A stretch of DNA of 64,000 nt, from NCBI GenBank assembly GCA_951406725.2, contig OX597834.1:13206001-13270000 (forward strand), written 5' to 3'. The stretch comes from Octopus vulgaris. Taxonomy: Eukaryota. The translations under genes and the position numbers were made by a program. Below are positions 1 through 14,275 of this stretch, piece after piece. Each line of letters begins with the position of its first letter. Position 1 is the first letter of the stretch. The notes beneath the pieces are model-generated. The model was not told where the DNA came from and searched no databases. It saw only the letters and a program-made list of their open reading frames with translations.

Positions 1-805
1 TCCATTCTTTATTTCAGAGTGACATGATAATTCTCGTCTACGAAAAAAAATTGGCTTTATCACGGGAACGACAAGGAATGCGCAACAGTGATTTGTATTA
101 TTTAGTTACGTGGAATTATGTCGAATAAAGTAGAAATGTGAATTATATTTATTACCTCAATATATCAAGAAATATAAATTGGATTATACGTAATTATTTT
201 TAATGTGGTGTGTATAATCCAGACCTCATGTAACACATATATTCGGTGACCTAGTATTACAAATAGTAAAGAAAATTCTAAGAGCCGATTTATAACAACG
301 TAATTTCGAAATTTCAAGTGCATTGCGGAGCTTGAAAGTATAAATTCCAGAGTCTGTGATATGAAGACTCGTATTGATAGAAGATTTTGCAAACGGAAAT
401 TGATGCGTAATAATGAGTTTAAAAACCAAAAATGATGAACGGCAAAAGAGCTATAGATTGGTTTTTCGCTCATTATTCAAACTTTCAACTGAGCTGCGGA
501 TACTGAAGATGTAAATTTAAGACCTTGAAATTTTAACACAGTTGTTTTTAAAGGATTTCGCAATAAAGAAGTACCTTTTCCGCTCCACCTTATTATGCAT
601 GGGGTTGTTTAAAACTCTTGGTTAGAGAGGAGACAATCATCCCAGCCTGGCGTAACCAAGGTTTCTCTACATGTACTTTTCAAGAATAGTGTTACATATT
701 TAGTAAGCCATACCTTTATGCAGTATTTTCGGGCAAAGAAAAAGAAAATACATAAAAGCATATATATATCAAATATATAAAAGCATATATATAATATATA
801 TATAT

Positions 806-894
<89 letters not shown>

Positions 895-1418
895 CATTGA
901 TAATAATTATCCTAAAATATTTGTTTAGTAAAGCTGTATATGTTTGCTCTAAAGTGTTTTGATTTTAATTAATGTAGCCACGTAAGTATCATAAATAGTG
1001 TAAATGATTTATAGAAAGGTATTATATTAAATATTTCTTCAAATGCTAATACTGAATTTTTAATGATTTAGGCGTCTAATTTCAACATTAACGAATGAAT
1101 AATTATATTTTCCTGTTTTACAGACAAGGAATTCTCGTCCAACGTTTTCGTTGCGTGCGATGGCACCTCACTGAAATGTATCAAAGCGGTCGAAATATAT
1201 CTGACGCTCTATCATGCTGATAAGATTCGTTTCATTTTGTATGATACTTATCGTACTTTTGACATGAGTCTCTAAGAGACGTTTTCAGGACAAATGCTGC
1301 TGCAACTAGCCAATCGCTACAGAGTATACATCAGATATGATAGAAAGATTTTAGTTCTGAATAATGCCATACGAATATATATATAACTATAACTATACAA
1401 GCAGAGGCCCGGGAAAAT

Positions 1419-1632
1419 TGCTTACGCTGCAGGTTTAGTGGTAAGTTAAAAGCAGAATGAGATGTTCTTCTTCCTGGGAGAATGGTGGCAGCAAAGCCAG
1501 ACAATAGTACAACAACTGCAATTATTTTTGTTTGTTAACTTACCTTGGAGAGAAGCAATGTTATAAATGTTTTACCTGTGCCACCAGGAGCATCAAGATA
1601 GAGAATTTCTCTGCTTTTTTCTAGTGATTGTG
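1419..1632 (-). pseudogene. Helitron RepHel PIF1-helicase fragment (motifs I/Ia)
   Basis: Minus-strand translation ILYLDAPGGTGKTFITLLLSKVS*QTKIIAVVVLLSGFAATILPGRRTSHSAFNLPLNL matches the Helitron helicase pattern FLDAPGGTGKT...AVASSGIAATLLPGGRTAHSAFKLPL; one in-frame stop. Confidence 0.85.
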
Positions 1633-1693
1633 GAACGCCGCACGCACGCACACACAAATATACATGCAGTATCAAATATGAAACGAAATAGAC

Positions 1694-1739
<46 letters not shown>

Positions 1740-1757
1740 AAGTGAAAGAGCCGTATA

Positions 1758-2143
1758 TCTTTATATATAAAAGTGAAGTTGTGTGTCTGTCTCCTACGAT
1801 TCAGATTCCTAACTACTCCCACATTTTGCGGTGCAGTTTAACCAAAACCGGATATCTTATAGTCACGATTCATATCGAGCCCTTCTGCGTATTAGCGCGC
1901 GTCTACGATGAGTCGCCGATTAAAAAAAAAATTACCATAATTTTTTTCCATTTTAATGCATTTTTTCGCTATTATATAAGGGAAGTAACTCTCTAAAAAT
2001 GTCTACGATGAGTCAACGATTTAAAAAAAAAATTACCATTATTTCTTTTCCATTTTTAATGCATTTTTTTGCTATTTTTTGGCTATAACTCTCTAAAAAT
2101 GCTTATATAGTTATTTCCCTTAGAAACCCGGCGATACTGCTAG
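1758..2143 (+). mobile_element. Non-autonomous Helitron, both termini present
   Basis: Starts a|TCTTTATATATAAAA and ends CTGCTAG|t, i.e. inserted between A and T with no TSD. Internal ~100-bp tandem duplication (1901-2101). 5' half homologous to the element at 4804-5320. Confidence 0.8.
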
Positions 2144-2537
2144 TACATAAATAAAGAGACATGCATCTTTATTTTATGTATGACTGTGTGAGGGAGAGGG
2201 AGAGGAGGAGAGTAGCGCTTAGACGTTTACTCTCTCTCTCTCTCTCTCATTCTCACACATACACACACGCACACAAACATAGAAAAAAAGGTGTATGCAT
2301 ATGTATTTATAAAATTATACATGGCAACACCCCTTTTACTCACACACACACACATACATAACTGTATACATAGATAACGTACATAGAAAAACACATGTGT
2401 TGGTATGTGACTGACTACAAATACTTAGAGCTGAACGCGGTGTGCAAGAAGAAAATAAATAGTAAAATTTTACGGAAATTAACGAAGAGTGCGTGTTCAG
2501 AATGAAATGAAACTTGCAAGGAGTGTGTGTGTGTATG

Positions 2538-2568
<31 letters not shown>

Positions 2569-3132
2569 GCGAGAGAGAGAGAAAGGGAAAAGGACGGAAA
2601 TAGAATATCGCAAACAATGAATGCGATAAACATGGAATGAAAAAAATCGTATAGGTTAAAACTTGTACCTAATATTTAAATTTGTGAACTTCATAAGTGT
2701 TTCTTTCAGTAATTTATCGTAGTTCTTTACAAATAGCGAATATTAAAACACACACCTAGAGAGAATTCGGACTTCGCCGTTTTAATGTCAATACCGGAAT
2801 TTGACACCGAGAAACCTTTGTCAAGATGTAAATCATAAAAATAAAGCAATATCTTTTTATTTTTAATAAAATATCAAAAACAAAAACAAAAATATTGAAT
2901 GAAAACCCGAGGGTAAATTATTCATGCATCACAAAGTACGGAAGTAATTGGTGAAGCCATTTTCACGTGTAAAGCGAATACACACACACATCTCCGTTTT
3001 ACATATTAGATTTCTCCAACTCACTATCTATAAAGCAATATATCCAACAGTCTCTCGATTTGTGTATGCATGTATATATATGTTTATGTATGCATATACA
3101 CACAAAACATACACACATCCATGTACATAGAT

Positions 3133-3211
<79 letters not shown>

Positions 3212-4204
3212 TAAGTATGTGTGTGTGGTGTGCACATATTTGCATAGATATTTCACAGCCTAACGCTTTAAATAATGTTTACATATCAGTATATATTTGA
3301 ATACTAGTGTAACAAGACGGTACTTCTGTGCAATATATAAGTTCAATTTAAACACAGTTTTGACTTTCGATATTTTATATAAAAAAAAAGTGTTACTTAT
3401 CTTTCTCGTTGAAGAGAGAAAATGGAAGTGTTTGCGATAGCGGAAGGAATTTTAAAAAAAACACGACAACCTGTGACATGGCGTGCGATTCATATAACAA
3501 GGAAATATTAACAAAACGGATAGATAGAACGTATTGTCATTCTGAATAAGTGAATAAAAGGACGAAACAGTTCCTGGATACTATTCAAAGTAAGCAAGCA
3601 AAACATTTATTTTATTCTTTAGGGAATGTTATAGCAATATATGATCACATACAAAATACAAACAGACGTAAAAACTATCGACTCCTACACTGTTTGCATT
3701 GCGAATAAATATTTGTATTTGCGGATATTTCTTTGGCAAACATTATTATGCCTTTAATTCGTATCCTTTGAGATCTTCGTATAACTACTCACTCCTCAGC
3801 AGTTTATAAGAATCCATGTCATTTGATATCGCTTGTTTTTCACGCACTGTTTTACTCGCATAAACACGGGCGCGCACACAGTTATAGGCATGCAAACACT
3901 CAAGTGTACGCATACGCACACGCATACTCACGTTTGTATGTAGAGGCGTGTATGAATGCATTTAGGTATATGTAAAAATGTATATTTGTGTGTGTGTGTA
4001 TAAAATTCCGTATAAATTTATGCATATGTACTTATGTGTAGAAACACACACACAGACCCACACAAAACCACTCCCACACGCAGAAGCATGCAAACATATA
4101 CACATACACTTGCACGCACAGACACAAATCCTCACTGGCACTCAGAGCTAGATATATATGTAGAGTTGTAGATAGATAGTTATATATATATATGTATATA
4201 TTTA

Positions 4205-4269
<65 letters not shown>

Positions 4270-4284
4270 GGAGAGATACATACA

Positions 4285-4304
4285 ATAGATAGAAAGATAG
4301 ATAA

Positions 4305-4397
<93 letters not shown>

Positions 4398-4418
4398 AAG
4401 ACAGAGAGACAGAGAGAC

Positions 4419-4493
<75 letters not shown>

Positions 4494-4510
4494 CAGACAA
4501 ACATATAGAT
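4285..4510. repeat. (GATA)n microsatellite, preceded by (TA)n at ~4180-4268
   Basis: Seen directly. Confidence 0.95.
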
Positions 4511-4803
4511 ACATACATACATACATTTATGCATACATACATAAAAAACATCGCTTTAGATCGGGGCATAACAAGTGGAGGCACACCACATCAATTGATC
4601 GATGGTAAAGCACAAACGAACAGGTAAACAAACGCGTGTATGGATGTGGCATAGTCTAATGACGTTTGGGTATGTGCAGCTCTAACAATAACGAAAGTAG
4701 AAGAGAAATCCTATGTAAAGTTAAACAGGAATGAAAGAGGAATAAAAACAAATTAATTTATTATACAATATCAACACATGTGTTTTGTCTTTTATGTAAG
4801 AGA

Positions 4804-5320
4804 CTGTCGCAGTATCTGCCATACCGGCGTTGCTCGGATATTGTAAGATAACTATATCACAGCATCTCTCAAGAGTTACTTCCCTTGCATAATTGTAAAT
4901 TTGAGGCTTTCAATTTCTGTTTTGGTGTCTTCAAGCCATGAAGTCGTTGTTCTAAAAGAACGCTGGTCTCCTTGACAACGCTTTACGACGTTGATTTCCT
5001 TAAACTCCCTTCACCACAGCTTCCCGAGGGAGGGAAGAAGGGGGAGAAGCAAACAGGTGCAGGTGTGAGCGTGGACGCCAACTCCGCCGCCATCGACACA
5101 CGAAAAATTATGCATTAAAATGGAATAAAAAATGATGCTAAATTATTTTTAAAATAGTAGACTCATCGTTGACGCGCGCTAATAGCCAGACGGGCTCGAT
5201 ATGAATCACGACTATAAGATACCCGTATTTGGTTAAACTGCACCACAAAATGTGGGAGTAGTTAGGAATCTAAATCGAAGGGAACAGACACTCACACAAC
5301 TACAGTTTTATATATATAGA
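4804..5320 (-). mobile_element. Non-autonomous Helitron, same family as 1758-2143
   Basis: Minus strand begins TCTATATATATAAAACTGTAGTTGTGTG and shares 'gattcctaactactcccacatttt...gtgcagtttaaccaaa...gattcatatcgagccc...ttagcgcgcgtc' with 1758-2143. 3' hairpin CCGAGCAACGCCGG precedes a degenerate CTAG. Confidence 0.8.
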
Positions 5321-5626
5321 TATTCTGTCGCATTGCAAATTCTGCCATACAAGTACGTAGGGATTGCGATATTTATAAGATACTGAAAAATCACAGCAGA
5401 GAAATCTCTCAAGTCATCCGGGTACACCATTTGCATAATTGTAAATACTGAGGTTGTCAATATTTGCTCTTATTCCGCACGGTGCAGCCAGAAGATTCGG
5501 TAGATTTTGTTGTTTTGCAGCATCTTATAACTCGTGTTTGTTTTGTCAATAACAACGTTTACTTTGGGGGCTTTGTTAAAGTGGTTCAATGTAATATGCA
5601 TATGTCTACAAATTTATATATACATG

Positions 5627-6147
<521 letters not shown>

Positions 6148-6157
6148 ACACACACAT

Positions 6158-6237
<80 letters not shown>

Positions 6238-7645
6238 TAGTGACATAAACACATTACCCAAGTACAAACTGCGATTGTCTCTGATATTAGATCTCATATA
6301 TCTTCAGGTGTTGTAGTGTGGTTAGGAAGTATGAAAATTAAGAAAATATGTATATTTATTCATTGTGATAATATGGTTTTCAATAAAATCCCTTCCTCTA
6401 GGGTTCCATATTGAAATCTTGTTCATTAGATATAGAAAATCTTTTGAAATTTTGCTGATATTCCAATACACATGATCGCAATATTAAATAGTTTGAGTAA
6501 TAGTACAACGACTTTCACATTTTGGTATATCCAATGTGACATTTATGGCGTAACGAAGATGTCGACGTATTCACAACAGCGGACATATTTTTAATCAGAA
6601 TGGAGGGAAAGTGTGTATTAGAATATACTTCGTGGCAAATCTAATTAGTATAGAAATATACTGATGTTCAACATAGATTATCGCTGCATATTTTCTTATA
6701 TTTCCGTTCTGAAAATTTTCGGGGTTAAATAATTCCTTTAAAATCTATTATGGAGATAATTAATATAATTGTTAAAATTTAGGAATATAATTCTTCGTTT
6801 TTGGCATTTTAATTTTTTTGTGATTATATTACAATATTTCGTTTTCCGTTCAATAATTGTAGAGAGATAGGAAGAAAAGAAGAGGGTGAGAGAGAGAGAG
6901 AGAGAGAGAAAGAAACAGACAAGCAGATAGAGGTAGAGAAAAATAGAGACAGAGGAACGTAGAGAGAATGTGGATAGCGTCTCTGTTTCAGAGAGAGTAA
7001 TGAAGTGAGAAATGAACGTATATAAGGGAAAGTAACTATAGAATTTTCTTGAGATCGTGTAGACGACACCGATTAAAAGTTCCTTGAATTGGATGTCAGT
7101 AATGATGGTGAACGAAGCACGCATGTTCCCGCAGTTGAATTATTCAACTCACAACAAATTCCACTCAACACTTGGCTATCATACTCCCCCACTGCTTCTG
7201 TTCGCGATCAGATTTGCACACACCGTCAGCCACTAAGTTAATGCCAACTGATTCAGGTAGTTCAGGTCAAGCAATCGACAAGCACATCTGTATTATTGAG
7301 CAGAAAAACTGTGTAGGCCATCTTTTTCACCATTGAGTTTTCAAATTGTAACACTTAAATTATTTTGAATAGGCAGAATGCTGGATTACGCAATAACACT
7401 GACACCGACGAAGCTCGGTGCATAACTAAAATAGTGCCTGGAGGCCCAGAACGGTGTGATACGTAGCAGTCATTAATGTTAAGCACTGACTTGCACATCG
7501 GATGAAGTACTTGTAAAATACCGCTAGCAAATCGATTGTAAGCACAGTAAATTACGTGTAAGTGTGTTAAGCTTCAAAGAGGTAAAGTATGAATATAAAG
7601 CGGAGAAAATACAGATACACTGACTGACCAAATGTCAACAGTAAT

Positions 7646-7732
7646 AAATATCCTTAGACGCGGACCTTTCATGGTTAATAATTGTAGAAATATCCTTAGT
7701 CGCGGACCTTTCACGGTTAATAATTGTAGAAA
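7646..7732. repeat. Tandem duplication, 2 x 42 bp
   Basis: aaatatccttag(a/t)cgcggacctttca(t/c)ggttaataattgtag repeated twice. Confidence 0.95.
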
Positions 7733-7734
7733 GT

Positions 7735-8180
7735 CTGCCTACCGAAGGAGCTCAAGGCTGCGAGAGGGAGGGAAGATCCTCCGGTTAAAGCGGAGGAACT
7801 ACACCCTTCCGTTTCAAAGGTGAGAAAAAAGAAGAAAAACGAGGCAGTGCCGGCGGGTGATACACCCCTGGCATATTCCGAAGCCCAGTCGGTGGGTATT
7901 TGTGCCACTGACGATGGAGGTTGTGGCCTCTACCCATGTGCGGGAGCAATTTTTGGTCTTCTTCCGCATGGGAGAAGCGGTGGGAAAGTTTACTAAAAGG
8001 ATTGCCAGAGGAGGGGACATAATCTAAAGATTTCGGATAGCCTCCGCGAGTAGCTTTGGTGGTCATCTCAAATACGGATCTTTTCAAGGTACTGGACTCC
8101 TTTGCACAAGATATATTCCGCTTCTTGAACTGAAGTGACACTTTGAGCATAGTCGGTAACCGGCAGTGCGGGAAACAGTA
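7735..8180 (-). mobile_element. GC-rich retroelement relic, possibly LINE ORF1
   Basis: Sharp GC-rich block with broken minus-strand frames; no diagnostic motif recognised. Confidence 0.3.
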
Positions 8181-8477
8181 AAAATTAAGAAGATGAGTGC
8201 TTCATACTTGAAAGGTCATATGTCCCATGAGAGAAAATGTAAGATGCCTAGTATCTCATTTGCAAGGATATTGTGTCCAATGGAACATTAGTAAGAGGCT
8301 TATTACATCAAATTTTATGTTTTGTAAAATAACGATGGTTTTGGGATAGAGCGATCGGCGGGCGTCGCCTGCATTCCCTCATTAATACCGTTTGTTTCAT
8401 CATTCATCTTATTAATGTTATTGTGCAGTCCGCAGCTACTACTTCTATGTAATGCCTTGATGGCAATTTGAAAGAAA

Positions 8478-8616
8478 TAAAGTAGCTTGCTTACTAACCA
8501 CATGATTCCAGGTTCAATTCCACTGTGTGGCAGCTTTGACAAGTTTCCTCTAATATAGCATAGGATGACCAAGATTGTAAGGGGGTTTGGTTGATGTAAG
8601 CTCAAAGAAGACCGTA

Positions 8617-8620
<4 letters not shown>
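8478..8620 (+). mobile_element. SINE family A, 5' part, diverged
   Basis: agtagcttgcttactaaccacatgattccaggttcaattccactgtgtggc... homologous to 24111-24569. Confidence 0.8.
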
Positions 8621-8664
<44 letters not shown>

Positions 8665-8694
8665 GCGAGAATGAAGCAACAAGAATGGATAGGT

Positions 8695-8785
8695 TTTTAG
8701 TACAATCGTTTCATACAAGGACAGGTTTTATTAAAAGTTGCAAAAATTACAGCATATAAACGTGTCCCGTACTCATCAGCTAAAA
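8695..8785 (-). ncRNA. Type-I hammerhead ribozyme (left arm copy)
   Basis: Reverse-complement copy of 9183-9272 with an intact CUGAUGA/GAAA/GUA core. Confidence 0.7.
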
Positions 8786-9182
8786 TACATGTGAGTTCTC
8801 TAGACATCCTAGTGGTTGAGGCTATACTCATGAAGTAATGTAGATAATTAAGTAACATAAACAGATTTCAAAAGTTCATTAAAGTTCTTTAAAGATGATG
8901 TACAGTCTTATCACAGAATTTTAAAAAAAGTCTTAATAGCATCACAGAGAAGGTGACCTAATCCATAGTGCACATATGAATTTCCAAATTCATATGTGCA
9001 CTATGGATTAGGTCACCTTCTCTGTGATGCTATTAAGACTTTTTTAAAATTCTGTGATAAGACTGTACATCATCTTTAAAGAACTTTAATGAACTTTTGA
9101 AATCTGTTTATGTTACTTAATTATCTACATTACTTCATGAGTATAGCCTCAACCACTAGGATGTCTAGAGAACTCACATGTA

Positions 9183-9272
9183 TTTTAGCTGATGAGTACG
9201 GACACGTTTATATGCTGTAATTTTTGCAACTTTTAATAAAACCTGTCCTTGTATGAAACGATTGTACTAAAA
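9183..9272 (+). ncRNA. Type-I hammerhead ribozyme, PLE-type short stem III
   Basis: Stem I UUUUAG(9183-88)/CUAAAA(9267-72); CUGAUGA 9189-95; long stem II GUAC-GGACA...UGUCC-uu-GUAU; GAAAC 9255-59; GAUU loop; GUA cleavage triplet ending at 9266. Confidence 0.75.
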
Positions 9273-9527
9273 ACCTATCCATTCTTGTTGCTTCATTCTC
9301 GCTTATAATCACCCCACATTACTGTATTGTTAAATCAGTATAGTTTTTTTTTGGTGCATCTAAGTTAGGTACCATATTCAAGTAAATTCATTTAAATTAA
9401 CTTGAATCTTTATTGCTTTTTGTATATATATATATATATATATGTATTCACTCGTGAAATTCATCACACAAAACATGGACCAAATTTCTTCTTAAGAAAA
9501 AATATATATTCAAATAAGTATAAAATA

Positions 9528-9562
9528 ATATCATGAATGGCGATAGCGAAACCGGTCGATAT
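9528..9562 (+). ncRNA. Degenerate minimal hammerhead in a PLE-like fragment
   Basis: atatc-atgaatg-gc gata gc-GAAAC-CG-GTC-gatat: stem I and palindromic stem III are intact, the CUGANGA box is mutated. Confidence 0.35.
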
Positions 9563-9615
9563 CTTAAAATTTATATTAAAACTATGTAAGTGTGCGTATT
9601 TTCCTTTTTTAATTT

Positions 9616-9639
<24 letters not shown>

Positions 9640-9657
<18 letters not shown>

Positions 9658-10653
9658 TGAGAATGTGTGTCAGTCTGTCTGTGTGTTTCCCTAAAACTTG
9701 AGAACTACACAACCAATTTCATTCAAATTTTACACATGCCTTACTTAGGGCCATGTAGTTTCACGGGCAAAAAAATGCTCAGCTTCTTGCCTAGAGCGAG
9801 CCCATAGCAATATCATGTCTTCTCCACTATTTCAGTATGACGTGTTAAAAGTGAAACAAAAACATTTCTCTATTTTATGTCAGATACTTTCACTTTAACA
9901 ATAAAAATAATAATAACAATTGAATTATATGTATTAAGTAATAATTAAAATCAAATTAAAGTATAATATAATCGTAACATAACAAAAGTAAAAATAGCAA
10001 TTGGTATAAAATTGCAACAATGTCTTGAACTTGAATAAATGGTTTCACATGAATGGGAATAAATTAAAAATAAAATTAGCGTGCAGAAATCGAATAGTCC
10101 AGATGGATAATAAAAAATTAAATTAACGACAAGACTATTGTCTATAAAGTATACAATGTAGAGATAAAACAAGATTTGAACACATGGAGGAAAGCACCTT
10201 CGAAAAGTATCTTGGTGCGACTATGAAAGGTAAATTCGCCACAATAGAAGCAAGGTTCGAGTCAACGGAGCGAGCAAGGGAGTACTCGGCTCGAACTTGT
10301 AAAGTGGAAATATTTTATTTTTACCTCTATATGTGGGACGTAGAACGTCCCGGAAAGAAATTAAAAATGCCCCTCCCCCCAGAAGTAGAGGTAGGCTGGA
10401 TGGTAGCCACACTTCTATACAAGCGGGAGGACAAGATACAATTCATCGAAATTACAAGAGACGGGCTAACAATTCCAGTCTGTTATATATTTTGTGTATT
10501 GTTATCACTAGCGATATCAAGATATAACTTTGTATTTTGTATGTTATGTGTAGATGTATATATATAGATGTAGATGTAATATGTACACATATATATACAC
10601 ATATATACATGCACTAGCACTATGACCCGGCAACGACGGGTCTTTAATGCTAC
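9640..10653 (+). mobile_element. Non-autonomous Helitron (second family) with nested insert
   Basis: Helitron-type start tatatataaaactgagaatgtgtgtc; 3' hairpin CCCG-gcaacga-CGGG (10626-10640) followed by ...gCTAC (CTAG variant). Confidence 0.55.
10184..10470 (+). pseudogene. LINE ORF1-like fragment nested in the Helitron
   Basis: Frameshifted protein-like segments FEKYLGATMKGKFATIEARFESTERAREYSAR / GRRTSRKEIKN / PPEVEVGWMVATLL. Resemblance to L1/Tx1-type ORF1 is inference. Confidence 0.35.
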
Positions 10654-10873
10654 TATATATATATATGTGTGTGTGCTGTATGTGTGTGTGTGTGTTTGTA
10701 TGCGTGTGTGTATGTGTTAAATCTATATGTTAACTTGTGCGTACTCATTGAAGACCCGCATTTGACTCCTCACTCGTATTATTATCGAAACGAGAGTTTA
10801 ATTGCGGCCCTTCCATAACACTTAAAAAGCGTTACCTGCTAGCTTTGGTCTTCAGGATACCAATACTTCCCAT

Positions 10874-11245
10874 CCGGGTTCAGTCCCACTGCGTGGCATC
10901 TTGGGCAAGTGACTTCTGCTATAGCCCCGGGCCGATCAAAACCTTGTGACTGGATTTGGTAGACGGAAACTGAAAGAAGCCTGTCGTATATATGTATATA
11001 TATGTATATATGTGTATGTATGTGTGTGTGTTTGTGTGTGTGTGTTTGTCCCCCTAGCATTGCCAGACAACCGATGCTGGTGTGTTTACGTCCCCGTCAC
11101 TTATCGGTTCGGCAAAAGAGACCGATAGAATAAGTACTGGGCTTACAAAGAATAAGTTGCTCGGCTAAAGGCGGTGCCCCAGCATGGCCGCAGTCAAATG
11201 ACTGAAACAAGTAAAAGAGAGGGAGAGAGTAAAAGAGTAAAAGAG
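10874..11245 (+). mobile_element. SINE family A, 5'-truncated; an extra 3' half follows at ~11270-11450
   Basis: Homologous to 24111-24569; (AAAGAGTA)n tail. Confidence 0.9.
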
Positions 11246-13022
11246 TATATACATTTATATATGTATGCTTTTTTGTGTCTGTATTTGTCCGTCCCACCAT
11301 CGCTTGACAATCGATTTTGGTTTGTTTACGTTCTCGTAACATAGCCGTTCGGCAAAAGATACCGACACAATAAGTACTAGGCTTACAAAGAATAAGTCAC
11401 GGGGTCGATCTGCTCAACTAAAGGCGGTGAAACAAGTAAATGAGGAAAAAGAATAGGTCTACGGTTAGCAACTGGAGAAGATATGAATGCGAATAAATGT
11501 TCTTGACACTTTGGCATATTTGCATAAAGCGTTCTAGCCCGGATTATATGCCTAGTGGCATTCCCTTAACTATTACGCTCTAAATCCAAATTCCGGCGAG
11601 GTGAAATTGCCTCCTTTAGTCGCCATCATAGACTAACAGCTGTACTGAAGATAGCAAACCTCCGTAGTTATCAGAGACAATTATCTTTATTGCTGTTTTT
11701 TTTTTGTGTTCGTATTAGTAATTCGATTTAGGAACAAGGATATAAATTTTAGGAAGTGTTTAATCGATAAAATTAACACAACAGTTAGAATTCAGAAATA
11801 CGTTAATCTACAAGTAATATCGAGTTGTTTCGTATTTGATATCAGAATACGTAACTCTGGACATAATAACACGAATGATAAACAACAACAAAAAAATACT
11901 CTTTTGATTAGAATGCAGAACCGAATTCATGGCACGTGGGACGGCTTTTTTCATATATTAAATTCAGCCTTCCTACTGTATTTATTTTGATAAAGTAATT
12001 GAAAGCGAAGATGATACTCGTCGCATTTGAACTAAGATAGTAAGGGAATAGAAGAAAGTATGCAGGCTCTTTCATGTCGATGCTCTAACGATTCTTACAG
12101 ATTAAATTGCGAATTCATATTCATATCAAAGGCACCGTGGGAATAATGGATGTACTTTAATTGACACAATATTTCCAACGGCTGTTAAAGTACATCTCAA
12201 AGAAATGGCTTGAGATTTGTAAATGATAATTAAAGAAGAGTCTCTTTTCTTCTTTTTTATAATGAGAGTTCAGGAATTACACTTGCTGGAGATAGAGAAA
12301 ATAATATCAAAAATACAAAAGGAAAATCGTATTTAATTCATCTAATTCATTAAGTATATTTGATAAGGATAATTAAAGATAAATAGCAATCAAAGCACTG
12401 TATGATAAATGTATAATGTATGAAAAATAATATAAATTAAGAAATAAGGAACGCAGCGACTGAAATACTACAAATAACGGCAAAAAAAAACACGTGATGA
12501 AGGATGCCGTGGCAAAAAAATATAGCAGAATATAGTAATAAGCGAGGCCTTGGCGTCGAAAACGTATTTATCGCAGAAAGCTGTTTTGCAGGATATAAGT
12601 TCTACTGAGAGTGATGGATGACAAGAAGCACTCAAGATGGCATTAACGACCAAAGAGAATTTGGGTGAAGCGATAGAAGCAATTTATAAGCTAAAGTAAA
12701 GAAACACCAGATAATGGTGCATGTTTTATTAACACTATTCTGATCTTCAACATGCTCGCGTCGTCATTTATCTCTGCTATGATAATATTCTTTCCTGTAG
12801 AAATACTTTGTTGCGGTGCTATGCTTATTTACTTGTTTCTATTATTTATTTTATCTGTTCTTTATACATTTTCTCAAAACACATTATTACCATCAATAAG
12901 ATTCTGACGTGACACGTTATTATATTTTATTGTAGTCAACCCTATGGAAACATTGACGTAAGTAAATATACACACCCCAAAACTATATATATTATATATA
13001 TTTTGTACATATATATATATAT

Positions 13023-13073
<51 letters not shown>

Positions 13074-14243
13074 ATGCAGTGGAATTACGTCGGAAATAAG
13101 AGTTGGGATAAATTATACTATACTAAAAAGGAATAGAAGTATAAAATAGCAGTCAGTAATAGAAAGATCATATGAAATATTTATTCGTTTTTGCCATGTA
13201 ATACCCGTTAGCTCAATGTTCAGATCTGATTCATGAGAACTTGGTAGAAATTCCGTCCTTTTGCGAGTACTGGTTATATACGAACACATCTAATATTCAG
13301 GAATTTGAAAGGCCAACTAGGTGTTGAATCGTATGTCATCAATGATGAAGTGTTTGCACAGTGCCGAACGAAATACCAGGCTAGCTTTCACCATTTTTCT
13401 TTTTTCTTCAGACATCCTAAGTATATGCTTAAAATATACAATATTCAGACAAAAGTAAGGAACTGAATTGTATGTAACGGATTCAAATATTATATATTTC
13501 AAGACCAGGATCTGTTTGAAATTTATTAATCCACATTATAACTATGTCTTATTGTACCATCTATAGCGTATAATGATTATACGATGAAAATTAAAGATAA
13601 ACTTTAACAATGTATGTAGAAAAATAAAGAACAGAATTCTTCCTAGCACACCGTATGCAAATTTAACAACTTAAGACAAAAAAGATAAACGGAATACTTT
13701 AATACAGTGTGCATTATATAGCACTATTTTGCACATTGTTGCTGATATCTCGAATTCAGTGGAGAAGCCAGGTATTGTATTAGTGATATAATATTAGAAA
13801 AACAGACAATTGTTATAAATGAATAATTTCATCTGAATTACGTGATATTATCAAACGTCACAAAACAATAGGCATATCAATAAATATACATGAATAAGGA
13901 ATCATAGTTATGTTTATATATTTTCACCCACTCTACACATCCACAGAACAACACTAAGAGGTTCTCATAGCTTTCATCCGCATTGCAATCTATGTTGAAC
14001 TCGAACGCAGTACCAAGATAGAGCTGCATTCGGTATGATTAGTTAAATTTTGGTAGTAATGACTTATGTCCCTCTTAGCGTGTGGCATTTATGTGTAATA
14101 ATGCCCTCTATACAATATAAATAAATATTTTCAAGTGAAAAAATTATTTTCGGATTTTTTCTCTTATGAAGTTTTTCACGCTAACTACCTGATAATTTCT
14201 TGTTAAGATTCCTTATTAAGATTTTGTCCTTAATTGTTAAAGT

Positions 14244-14270
<27 letters not shown>

Positions 14271-14275
<5 letters not shown>

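Larger units (their letters stand above)
8665..9302. repeat. Near-perfect 638-bp palindrome, probably a Penelope-like inverted pseudo-LTR
   Basis: Arms 8665-8983 and 8986-9302 are reverse complements around a 2-nt spacer (gaattt-cc-aaattc). The only differences I found are two 1-nt homopolymer indels. Abuts (TA)n. Confidence 0.95.

Noticed and set aside
226-429. Minus ORF containing DSGIYTFKLRN, resembling the Ig I-set DxGxYxC motif
   Set aside because: Lacks the Cys and Trp of the fold, is closed by a stop just upstream, and has no convincing splice sites.
1124-1275. Strong acceptor (ttttcctgttttacAG) with a short open frame KEFSSNVFVACDG...
   Set aside because: No recognisable protein or partner exon; cannot be supported without transcript data.
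13301-13400. Protein-like frame NLKGQLGVESYVINDEVFAQCRTKYQ after tattcAG
   Set aside because: No canonical donor at a sensible position and no recognisable family.
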